This document shows positions 6,788 to 14,467 of a stretch of 37,739 bases of DNA, in pieces. Every line of letters begins with the position of its first letter. Within the stretch, counting starts at the first letter, position 1. Below the pieces are notes generated by a model, which saw only the letters and a list, made by a program, of their open reading frames with translations, searched no databases and was not told where the DNA came from. Made by a program: the position numbers and the translations under genes. Where the stretch lies: positions 1 to 37,739 of the forward strand of contig JAGPES010000002.1 of NCBI GenBank assembly GCA_018057015.1, read 5' to 3'. This DNA comes from Pseudomonadales bacterium (GTDB lineage: Bacteria; Pseudomonadota; Gammaproteobacteria; Pseudomonadales; UBA5518).

Positions 6788-7546
6788 ATGTCGAGCGTCG
6801 CGCGCGACGCGGATCGTCGGCAGCTCGAGCGAGAGTTGCAGGACGATGGATACAGCAAGCTACTCAACGTGCTGCGGCAGGGACATCCGTTCTTCCGGCG
6901 CTTCCCGAGTTGGAATGAGGTAGTGGGGTTCATGCGTCAGGGAGTGTTTCGCGCCTCGGAGAAGGACCAGGTACTGCTTCCGATCCTCCAGGCCCACGCC
7001 GAGGACGGCGACCCGCGCTGGCGGACGATCCTGCTCGTGATCTTCTGGCCCGGCTTGGAGGGGATCTGGCGACGGAAGTGGCACTGGGACCGCGACCCGG
7101 ACGCGCTATGGGCAAACATCGGCTGGGCATTTCTGCGCGCCGTCTGTCGCCTCGATCCATCGACACGGGCGAGCCGGCTGGCGCAGAAGATCGTCAACGA
7201 CGTCTTCCACGGTCTGCATGACGATTACCGGCGGGAATGGCGCCGGGCCGCGCGGGAGGTCGCTACCGATCCCGACGAGTTGGCCGACCGCGACGTCGAG
7301 GACCAGCGCGATGCGGCGGCCGCGGCGCTCCACATGGAGCAACAGGCGCGCATCGAGGTCCTGAGGGCGCACCGCGCAGCCGGGCGAATCAACGACACGG
7401 ACTTCCTTCTGCTTCTCGGGACGCAGGTCTACGGCCGGCCGCTCGCCGACTGCGCGCGTGAGTCAGGGCTGACGTACGAAGCTGCGAAGAAGCGCCAGCA
7501 ACGGGCCATCCGCGCGATCGGCGGTTTCCCGCAAGACGAATCCTGA
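6788..7546 (+). CDS. Divergent sigma-70/ECF-like transcription factor (putative)
   Basis: Region-2-like segment (LWANIGWAFLRAVCRLDPSTRASRLAQKIVNDVFHGLHDDYRREWRR). C-terminal region-4-like HTH (GRPLADCARESGLTYEAAKKRQQRAIRAI). High GC3. Confidence 0.5.
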   Translation: MSSVARDADRRQLERELQDDGYSKLLNVLRQGHPFFRRFPSWNEVVGFMRQGVFRASEKDQVLLPILQAHAEDGDPRWRTILLVIFWPGLEGIWRRKWHWDRDPDALWANIGWAFLRAVCRLDPSTRASRLAQKIVNDVFHGLHDDYRREWRRAAREVATDPDELADRDVEDQRDAAAAALHMEQQARIEVLRAHRAAGRINDTDFLLLLGTQVYGRPLADCARESGLTYEAAKKRQQRAIRAIGGFPQDES

Positions 7547-7614
7547 GAATCCTCGGCGTCCCGTGTCCCCGCCCCGCGGCCACATACCCCCTTTGCCCCG
7601 TAGAGGTGACTCCC

Positions 7615-7908
7615 ATGACCGGCAGCGCGGTGGAAACGGGCGTGATCAGCAAGGCGGAGGCGCGGCGGATGATCGCTGACGTTTTTGAAGAGGCGGCCCT
7701 TGTGCTCGGCGGCTTGCTCGCGGTTCATCGCGCCGAGGACGACTTCGTCTGGCGGCTCGTCAAGAGTCTTGACGTGATCCGCTGCAAGGCGGTCCGCCGC
7801 ATCGATGAGTGCGATGCGGGTCCGGGCGCTGAAGCGAGCCGCCCGGAATCCCATCTGCGCCCCCATCCGGCCATCGAGGACTTCCTTCTCAAAGTTCGGA
7901 GGTCCTAA
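7615..7908 (+). CDS. Hypothetical protein
   Basis: ORF with high GC3. GAGG lies about 7 nt before the ATG at 7615; the track start GTG at 7606 is also possible. Confidence 0.5.
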   Translation: MTGSAVETGVISKAEARRMIADVFEEAALVLGGLLAVHRAEDDFVWRLVKSLDVIRCKAVRRIDECDAGPGAEASRPESHLRPHPAIEDFLLKVRRS

Positions 7909-7911
7909 TCC

Positions 7912-8139
7912 GTGTCACGTGTTCCATGCATCGAGCTGAAACGCCACTGCGGCGAGCTCTCCGCGGCGCACGCGACCGAGGTCGCTGACATCGTCGCGGA
8001 CCTGATCGTGAACTTCATCAAGGCGCGCACGGGCCACAGCAGTTCCGCCCAACCAAAGGTCCGCTCTGAAACGAGGCAAGCCAGCGGCCCGGGTGTGGGT
8101 GACGGTTCTGCCCGCAACCTGAAGGGGCGGATTCGATGA
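7912..8139 (+). CDS. Hypothetical protein
   Basis: GTG-initiated ORF with high GC3. Its stop overlaps the next start as ATGA (8136), suggesting translational coupling. Confidence 0.45.
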   Translation: MSRVPCIELKRHCGELSAAHATEVADIVADLIVNFIKARTGHSSSAQPKVRSETRQASGPGVGDGSARNLKGRIR

Positions 8140-8528
8140 CCGCGAAATGCGACGTTCGTCGTGGCCATCTTCCCCGCGCGAACCAACGTGTGCCCGTCGT
8201 CTCGATCGGGCAGGGCGACTTCCGACGCGACTACTACGCCGAGGACCTGGGCGTGAACCCCGTGAATGACAGACCCGTGCAGTCGAAGCCGGACATCAAG
8301 CTGCTCGAGGCGGAAGCCCTCGGCGCGGCGCTGCGCTACGTCGCCGTCGCTGATTGGTTCGAGCAGCTCCCCTTCTCGCGCCACGACCCGGACCGCGAGC
8401 GGCGCGCGATGGATACGTTCAACCGCGTCGAAGTCGAGCTTCGTCAGGCCGGCGGGCACCTGCTGCGCCGGCTGGGGCATCGGGAACTCGTGCTCAAGCG
8501 CGCGCTGGAGGAGGTCGCCGAATCATGA
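8136..8528 (+). CDS. Hypothetical protein
   Basis: ORF coupled by ATGA overlaps at both ends (8136 and 8525). No recognisable motif. Confidence 0.55.
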   Translation: MTAKCDVRRGHLPRANQRVPVVSIGQGDFRRDYYAEDLGVNPVNDRPVQSKPDIKLLEAEALGAALRYVAVADWFEQLPFSRHDPDRERRAMDTFNRVEVELRQAGGHLLRRLGHRELVLKRALEEVAES

Positions 8529-9586
8529 CGCCCACGCTCGATCAGCCGAACGCATCGCAGGTTGCCGCGCAGCCCAGCGCCGGCGCGGCCCGTGACCTAC
8601 TCACATCAACGCGCCTGGCGACGCTGCGCCGGTGCCAGAGGCAGCACTACTACCGCTACGAGCTCGGGCTGTCGCGCGTGCGGACGGGCGATGCATTGCG
8701 TCTCGGTGCGGCGTTTCACCGCGGGCTGGAGCTGCACAACCGCGGCGCCGATCCGGCAGATGCGATCGCCGAAGCCGTCGCGGGGTACCAGCAGATACCC
8801 GAGTGGGCGGACAGCTATGAGTGGAAGGTCGAGCGCGAGGTGGCACAGCAGCTCTTGGCTGGTCACTTCTGGCGCTACGAGAACGACGATATCGAGGTCG
8901 TTGCTGTCGAGCGCATCTTCAGACGGCCACTCGTCAATCCGTTTACGGGACGATGGAGCCGCGCGTTCATTCTGGGGGGCAAGATCGACGCGATCGTCCG
9001 CCTGGCCGACGGGCGGCACGCCGTGCTGGAGTACAAGACCGCCGGCGAGGACATCGGCCCGGACAGCGACTACTGGCTTCGCCTGCGCTGCGACCCGCAA
9101 ATCTCGCAGTACGTGATCGCGGCCCGCGCGCTGGGCTATGACGTGGCCACGGTTCTGTACGACGTGACGCGCAAGCCGACAATCGCGCCGCTGCGGGCCA
9201 CGCCTCCCGAGAAGCGCAAATACACGAAGGACGGGCGCCTCTACGCCACGCAGCGCGAATGCGATGAGACGCCGGAGGAGTTCGGCGGCCGGCTCAACGC
9301 CGACATCGGCGAGCGGCCGGACTACTACTTTCAGCGCCGTGAGGTCCCGCGTCTCGAGGACGAGCTGGCCGAATTTCAGGCCGAGCTCTGGCAACAGGCC
9401 AAGCAGCTTCTCGACGCACGCCGGCACGGCCGCTGGTTCCGCAACATCCACTGCTTCACGTGCGGCACTTGCGAATTCGCCGATCTCTGCCTGAACGGCG
9501 TGCGGGTCGTGCCCGGTACCGCGCCCTCAGGCTTCCAGATTCTCACCGACGTTCACCCCGAACTTTCAGCAGGAGACGATCAATGA
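8525..9586 (+). CDS. Cas4/RecB-like PD-(D/E)xK exonuclease with Fe-S cysteine cluster
   Basis: N-terminal Cys (LRRCQRQHYYRYELG). D motif GGKIDAIVRL. ExK motif AVLEYKTAG. QxxxY-like QISQYVIAA. C-terminal CFTCGTCEFADLC. I prefer the internal ATG at 8525 (ATGA overlap) because the upstream 57 codons are Arg/Ala/Pro-rich junk. Confidence 0.85.
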   Translation: MTPTLDQPNASQVAAQPSAGAARDLLTSTRLATLRRCQRQHYYRYELGLSRVRTGDALRLGAAFHRGLELHNRGADPADAIAEAVAGYQQIPEWADSYEWKVEREVAQQLLAGHFWRYENDDIEVVAVERIFRRPLVNPFTGRWSRAFILGGKIDAIVRLADGRHAVLEYKTAGEDIGPDSDYWLRLRCDPQISQYVIAARALGYDVATVLYDVTRKPTIAPLRATPPEKRKYTKDGRLYATQRECDETPEEFGGRLNADIGERPDYYFQRREVPRLEDELAEFQAELWQQAKQLLDARRHGRWFRNIHCFTCGTCEFADLCLNGVRVVPGTAPSGFQILTDVHPELSAGDDQ

Positions 9587-10482
9587 CCTCAGCACCGACG
9601 AGGCCCGCGCTCCCGCCGCGCAGTCGGCCAGCGCCCGGCGACGCGCCGGCCCGCAACGGCAATCCGGCGCCGCAATCAGCGCGGCAGACGGGCGAGCCCG
9701 CGCCGCAGACACGCGTGGCGTTTGGCAAGATCGCCGACGGCAGCGGGCACCGCGTGGTTCTCTACGGGCCGGGCGGGATCGGCAAGACCACGCTCGCTGC
9801 GACGGCGCCCGGGCCGGTCGCGTTCTTCGACCTGGACGACTCGCTGCCGCGCCTGCGGGCATCGTTCGCCGATGGCGGCCTGAACCTCGACGTCCGCCCG
9901 ATCGACGGCGTCGCGACCTGGCAGGACATTCGCGACGCGCTGCACGCCTCGGGCTGGAACGGCGTGAAGACCATCGTGCTCGACTCGGCCACGCGCGCCG
10001 AGGAGCTGGCCGTCGCGCACACCATCGCGACGGTTCCGCACGACAAGCGCGAGATCGTCATCCGCCGACTCGAGGACTACGGGTACGGCAAGGGCTACCA
10101 GCACGTCTACGACACGTTCCTGACGCTGCTCGGTGATCTCGATCAGCACACCCGCGCCGGCCGGCACGTGATCCTCATCTGCCACGACTGCACCAACACC
10201 GTGCCCAACCCGCACGGCGACGACTGGCTGCGTTACGAGCCGCGCTTGCAGTGCCCGTCCAGCGGCAAGGCCGCGATCCGGCTCCGAGTGCGGGAGTGGG
10301 CCGATCACGTGCTGTTCCTGGGCTACGACGTGGACGTGCGCGACGGCAAGGGAACCGGCTCGGGCACGCGGACGATCTACCCGTGCGAGTTGCCGCACTG
10401 CATGGCCAAGAGCCGCACGATCGCCGACCCGCTGGCGCTGACGAAGTTCGACACGTCCCTGTGGACCCAACTGCTCAAGTAG
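9583..10482 (+). CDS. AAA_24/Sak4-like phage ATPase (RecA-fold recombination/replication ATPase)
   Basis: Walker A VVLYGPGGIGKTTLAA. Walker B KTIVLDSATRAEE / HVILICHD. ATGA overlap with the upstream nuclease. Typical position next to the Cas4-like nuclease. Confidence 0.85.
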   Translation: MTSAPTRPALPPRSRPAPGDAPARNGNPAPQSARQTGEPAPQTRVAFGKIADGSGHRVVLYGPGGIGKTTLAATAPGPVAFFDLDDSLPRLRASFADGGLNLDVRPIDGVATWQDIRDALHASGWNGVKTIVLDSATRAEELAVAHTIATVPHDKREIVIRRLEDYGYGKGYQHVYDTFLTLLGDLDQHTRAGRHVILICHDCTNTVPNPHGDDWLRYEPRLQCPSSGKAAIRLRVREWADHVLFLGYDVDVRDGKGTGSGTRTIYPCELPHCMAKSRTIADPLALTKFDTSLWTQLLK

Positions 10483-10494
10483 GAGACCGACCGC

Positions 10495-11268
10495 ATGCTT
10501 CCGAACCGCGAAGGGCGCTTCAAGGCCACGCTCCTCGAGCACGGCGTGGCCGAGACCGGGCCGAACAAGCTGGCCACGTTCGTCTGCCGCTTCCAGCTCA
10601 CGCAGGAACTGATCAACGGCGAGTGGGAGCCGGTCGAGGAAGACCTCGATATCACGGGCTACTTCTACCTGGAGAAGCGCGACGGCACGCTGAACACCGT
10701 CACGATCGACCACCTGAAGTCCGCGTTCGGCTGGGATGGGCGCGACCCGTTCTGGCTCCAGGACGCCGACTTCAGCCAGCTCGTGGTGCAGGTGAAGCTG
10801 GCGTTCGAGACGTACGACAACAAGACGCGCCTGAAGGTGCAGTACGTCGACGCCGAGGACGCCACGCCGTCGGGCGTGCCGCAGGCGGACGACTCGGCGC
10901 GCCGCTCCATCGCCACGCGACTCGGCGCGAAGTTTCGCGCGAATGCCGGCGGGACGCCGGCGCCGGCGCCCAAGCCCAGTCGCCCGCCACCGCCGAAACC
11001 GAAACCAGCCACGACGCCGTCCACATCGCGCCCCGCGCCCGCGGCAGCCGGGCAGGGCCTCACGTTGCAGCAGGCCTGGGAGTCATTCACGAAGGCCTGC
11101 CCCGAGGGCCACACGCCCGAGCAAGTCGAAAGCGAGTGGTTCCGTCGACTGGGCGAGATGTTCCCCGGCAAGCAGGCCGAGCAGCTCACGCCGCAAGAGT
11201 GGTCGCGCTTCGCCGCCGAGGGCCGCAAGTTCGTCGCCGAAACTCCGGCAGATGAAGTCCCCTTCTGA
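10495..11268 (+). CDS. DUF669-like protein (putative ssDNA-binding) with a Pro-rich linker
   Basis: Assigned from its position in the conserved nuclease/AAA_24/DUF669/helicase/VRR-NUC/primase synteny. It has an N-terminal beta-rich domain and a PAPAPKPSRPPPPKPKP linker. The family call is from memory of synteny, not from a motif. Confidence 0.5.
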   Translation: MLPNREGRFKATLLEHGVAETGPNKLATFVCRFQLTQELINGEWEPVEEDLDITGYFYLEKRDGTLNTVTIDHLKSAFGWDGRDPFWLQDADFSQLVVQVKLAFETYDNKTRLKVQYVDAEDATPSGVPQADDSARRSIATRLGAKFRANAGGTPAPAPKPSRPPPPKPKPATTPSTSRPAPAAAGQGLTLQQAWESFTKACPEGHTPEQVESEWFRRLGEMFPGKQAEQLTPQEWSRFAAEGRKFVAETPADEVPF

Positions 11269-11335
11269 CCCGGTGAAAGGGCCTTTGGTCTGTGGTGCGA
11301 AGTCAGTTTCGCTGTTGTGAAAGGGAGCCACACCA

Positions 11336-11689
11336 ATGATCGATGGCGCGGACAAGTTCTGTCGCGTGCAGATCTCCGGGCCAAAGTTCAGCGTGACATA
11401 CGAAGAGCGCCCAGAGACCGAAGAAGAAGCCGCATGCGACGTCGAGTTGGCCTCGCTCGCAATCACTGGCGCCCTTGCGATGGCGTCATACGACCTGCCG
11501 CGTCTGACCCAGGTCCTGGCCCATGTCGTCAGCGATCTTGTTTCTCGCGAGCGCGAGCGTGTTCCCCGCGAGGCGTGCGACATGAAGGCGGTGCGTCAGG
11601 CCGAAGACGCCTTCCATCACGCGGCGGACAGGCTGAGGTTTGAGTGGGGGAAACATGACGCGCAGCGGTACAAGGAGCGCGCCACGTGA
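11336..11689 (+). CDS. Hypothetical protein
   Basis: ATG follows GGGAG. The stop overlaps the helicase start at 11686. No motif recognised. Confidence 0.55.
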   Translation: MIDGADKFCRVQISGPKFSVTYEERPETEEEAACDVELASLAITGALAMASYDLPRLTQVLAHVVSDLVSRERERVPREACDMKAVRQAEDAFHHAADRLRFEWGKHDAQRYKERAT

Positions 11690-13221
11690 TCCTCCGCGAC
11701 TACCAGCAGCGCGCCGTACAGAACGTGATCGCCGCCTTGGGCCGGCGCCCGATCCTCGTTGCGCCGACCGGTAGCGGCAAGACGGTGATGGCCACGGCGC
11801 TGGTCGAGCAGCTCGGCGTGCAGGCGCTGTGGCTGGCCCACCGCCAGGAGCTGATTGACCAAGCCGCAAAGAACCTCGAGGCCCACGGACTTGTGTGCGG
11901 CATCATCATGGCCGGCTACGCGCCGATGCCGCTCGCGCAGGTACAGGTCGCGTCGGTGCAGACGCTGATCCGGCGCGACAAGCCGCCCGCGGACCTGATC
12001 GTCATTGACGAATGCCATCACGCGACCGCGGACAGCTACCAGTCGGTCCTCGACGCGTACCCGCAGGCGCGTGTCGTTGGCTTGACCGCGACGCCGTTCC
12101 GGCTCGACGGCCACGGCCTGGGTGACCTGTTCGGCGAGCTGGTCATCGCGGCGTACCCGCACGAGCTCTGCGAAAACGGCGTGCTGCACCAACCGAAGGT
12201 CTGGGCTTCCAAGTCGCCGGACCTGCGCGGCGTCAAGGTGATCGCCGGCGATTATAGCATCGGCGCGCTGGCCCAACGCACAAACACGGCCGAACTCAAC
12301 GCCGACATCGTGGCAACCTGGCAGAAACGTGCCGCAGGCAGGCGTACCGTCGCGTTCGCGGTGGACGTGGCGCACTCAAAGGCCATCGCCGCGGCCTTCG
12401 TGGCCTCCGGCGTGTCGGCTGAGCACATCGACGGCCGCACGTATGAGCGCGACACCGTCCTGGCGCGACTGGCGCGGGGCGAAACACTGGTCGTGAGCAA
12501 CTGCATGGTTCTGACGGAGGGGTGGGACTTGCCCGCGCTCGAATGCGCGATCATCGCCCGGCCCACCGCGTCGTTGAACCTGCACCTGCAGATGATCGGC
12601 CGCGTGATGCGCGCCGCCGATGGCAAGGACGGCGCGATCGTCCTGGACCACGCCGGCAACCATCACGTCCACGGGCTGGTCACGCGTCGGCTGAATTACT
12701 CGCTGAACGGCGAGAAGGTCGGTCACAGCGAACCGCTGGGACTGCGGCGCTGCCAGGAGTGCGGGCTGCTCTTCGAGCTCCACGAGCCGGCCTGCCCAGA
12801 GTGTGGGTGGGCGCCCGCGCCCGAGGAACGGCGCCGCGATCGGCCCGATATACATGGCACCGGCGAGCTGGCCGAGTTCGACGACTCCAGCTTCGAGTAC
12901 CGACGGCAGATCTGGAACCTGATCGAGGCCGAGCGCGAGGCGATGGGCTATCGCGAGGGGTGGAGCTACTACCGTTTCGAGGAGCGCTTCGGCACGAAGC
13001 CGGTCGTCGCCGGCGGCGAGCTGATCGACCCTGTCAACGCAACGCTGGAGCAGAAGCGCGCTGTTTTCGAGCATCTGACGCAGATCGCCGAGCAGCGCGG
13101 CTACAAGCCTGGCTGGGCCTCGTACCGCTTCCGGGACATGTTCGGCTGCTGGCCACGCGGGTTCGTCTCCGACGTGCGCCGCGCACGAATGCGCGAGCGC
13201 TTCGTGGGGGCCAGCACATGA
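11686..13221 (+). CDS. SF2 DEAD/DEAH-box (ResIII-type) phage DNA helicase
   Basis: LRDYQQRAV. Walker A VAPTGSGKT. DEAH box VIDECHH. GLTATP. Helicase-C motifs (VLTEGWDLP, QMIGRVMR). Zinc ribbon CQECG..CPECG. The C-terminus carries a duplicated GY(R/K)xGW(S/A)YYRF..FG motif. Confidence 0.9.
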   Translation: MILRDYQQRAVQNVIAALGRRPILVAPTGSGKTVMATALVEQLGVQALWLAHRQELIDQAAKNLEAHGLVCGIIMAGYAPMPLAQVQVASVQTLIRRDKPPADLIVIDECHHATADSYQSVLDAYPQARVVGLTATPFRLDGHGLGDLFGELVIAAYPHELCENGVLHQPKVWASKSPDLRGVKVIAGDYSIGALAQRTNTAELNADIVATWQKRAAGRRTVAFAVDVAHSKAIAAAFVASGVSAEHIDGRTYERDTVLARLARGETLVVSNCMVLTEGWDLPALECAIIARPTASLNLHLQMIGRVMRAADGKDGAIVLDHAGNHHVHGLVTRRLNYSLNGEKVGHSEPLGLRRCQECGLLFELHEPACPECGWAPAPEERRRDRPDIHGTGELAEFDDSSFEYRRQIWNLIEAEREAMGYREGWSYYRFEERFGTKPVVAGGELIDPVNATLEQKRAVFEHLTQIAEQRGYKPGWASYRFRDMFGCWPRGFVSDVRRARMRERFVGAST

Positions 13222-14129
13222 GCGAGGCGGCGATTACCTTCAATCCTTATCGAGCGGTCTGGGAGCTGCTCGACCGTGATCAACGTGCAGCCTATGGCAG
13301 CAGCACCACCTTCTACGATCTGCGTGCGAACAGCGTGGATGCGGGAGCCGACACGGAGGCGGTCTCCGAACACAAATGGCTCAGGAGCGGAAAACCCTAC
13401 TACAAGCTATGGCCGGCATACGCGCTGATGCTGTCGAGAACGTCGCTGGACATCCCCGCGGATTTGTTCCACGTGCCGCACGACGCCTTCGCGATCTGCC
13501 TACCGGTCGCGCCGCAGCTCTTCCAGCAGGTCTGGCGCGGGGAGTCGATGGCGATTCGGTCGATCCTGGTGTCGGTCGCCGGTCACGCAAAGCGACCGAA
13601 TCCCTGCTTGGCGATGGTGATCGACACGGGCACGGAATGGCGCATCGGCGGACACATCGAGCTCGTGCCCGGGCGATCGATCGAATCGAGCATGCGTGAC
13701 GCCCCCGGCTCGGGCGACGTCCCGCTCGAGATGATCGCGACCGGCCTGCGACTGGCCATCGCAGTGTCGCTACTCGCCGTCTCCGTACATCGCTGCATCG
13801 AGCACGACGTGATCGCGGCGCTGCGCGAGCGCTACGACCGCGCGACGACGACCGAGGAGCGTGAGCATCTGGCGGAAAAGTCGCGCCGGCGCGGCGTGAA
13901 TGGCTGGCGCATCGGCCGTGGCCGCTGCCTTTCGCTCGTCACCCGCTGCGCCGATGACGATTCTCTGCCGACCGGGCGGGAACTCACGTACCAGCACATC
14001 CGCGGCGGGCACTTCCACACCGTGCGGCACGGACCGGGCAAGTCCAAGGCCAGGGTGATGTTCTACGAGCCGACCGTCGTGCGGCCCGACCTTCCGCCTC
14101 CACCGCTCGAAGTCGCGAGGGCTGGATGA
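13218..14129 (+). CDS. Hypothetical protein (303 aa) embedded in the replication module
   Basis: ATG at 13218 overlaps the helicase stop as ATGA. The upstream part of the 535-aa track ORF is out-of-frame shadow over the helicase. No motif recognised. Confidence 0.6.
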   Translation: MSEAAITFNPYRAVWELLDRDQRAAYGSSTTFYDLRANSVDAGADTEAVSEHKWLRSGKPYYKLWPAYALMLSRTSLDIPADLFHVPHDAFAICLPVAPQLFQQVWRGESMAIRSILVSVAGHAKRPNPCLAMVIDTGTEWRIGGHIELVPGRSIESSMRDAPGSGDVPLEMIATGLRLAIAVSLLAVSVHRCIEHDVIAALRERYDRATTTEEREHLAEKSRRRGVNGWRIGRGRCLSLVTRCADDDSLPTGRELTYQHIRGGHFHTVRHGPGKSKARVMFYEPTVVRPDLPPPPLEVARAG

Positions 14130-14467
14130 AGGAAAAGGCCGTCCAGAACGCGATCCTGCGCGAGTTCGGCACACGGCGCGATATGCGCTTGTGGCGGGCG
14201 AACGTGGGCGTCGCGCGCATCGGCGACTCTCGCAGAGCCGGCGGGCGCATCGTGCGCTTCGGCCTACCTGGCCAGGCCGACCTCACCGGCATCCTACCGA
14301 ACGGCGTGCGCCTGGAGATCGAAGTGAAGGGCCCCGACGGCCAGCAGACGGAGGAACAGCGCGCCTACCAGCGGATGGTCGAACGCTTCGGCGGCGTCTA
14401 TGTGCTGGCGCGGTCGGTGCAGGACGTGTGGCAGGCGATCGGGAGTTACCTGCGTGATCAGGGATGA
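14126..14467 (+). CDS. VRR-NUC domain nuclease
   Basis: PD-(D/E)xK core GLPGQADLTGIL...RLEIEVKG...QRAYQ. Small size and its position before the primase are typical of this family. Confidence 0.85.
   Translation: MKEKAVQNAILREFGTRRDMRLWRANVGVARIGDSRRAGGRIVRFGLPGQADLTGILPNGVRLEIEVKGPDGQQTEEQRAYQRMVERFGGVYVLARSVQDVWQAIGSYLRDQG

Noticed and set aside
8354-8524. N-terminal extensions suggested by the ORF track for several genes (8354, 9460, 12522, 27107, 32278, 33151 and 29646 starts)
   Set aside because: The upstream parts are Arg/Pro/Ala-rich and overlap the preceding well-supported gene. Internal ATG/GTG starts give ATGA/GTGA coupling or proper SD spacing.
11273-11325. GTGAAAGGG repeated twice (11273 and 11317) in the 67-bp gap before gene 11336
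   Set aside because: There are only two 9-bp copies. They probably just reflect SD-like/GGAG-rich leader sequence. There is not enough evidence for a regulatory call.
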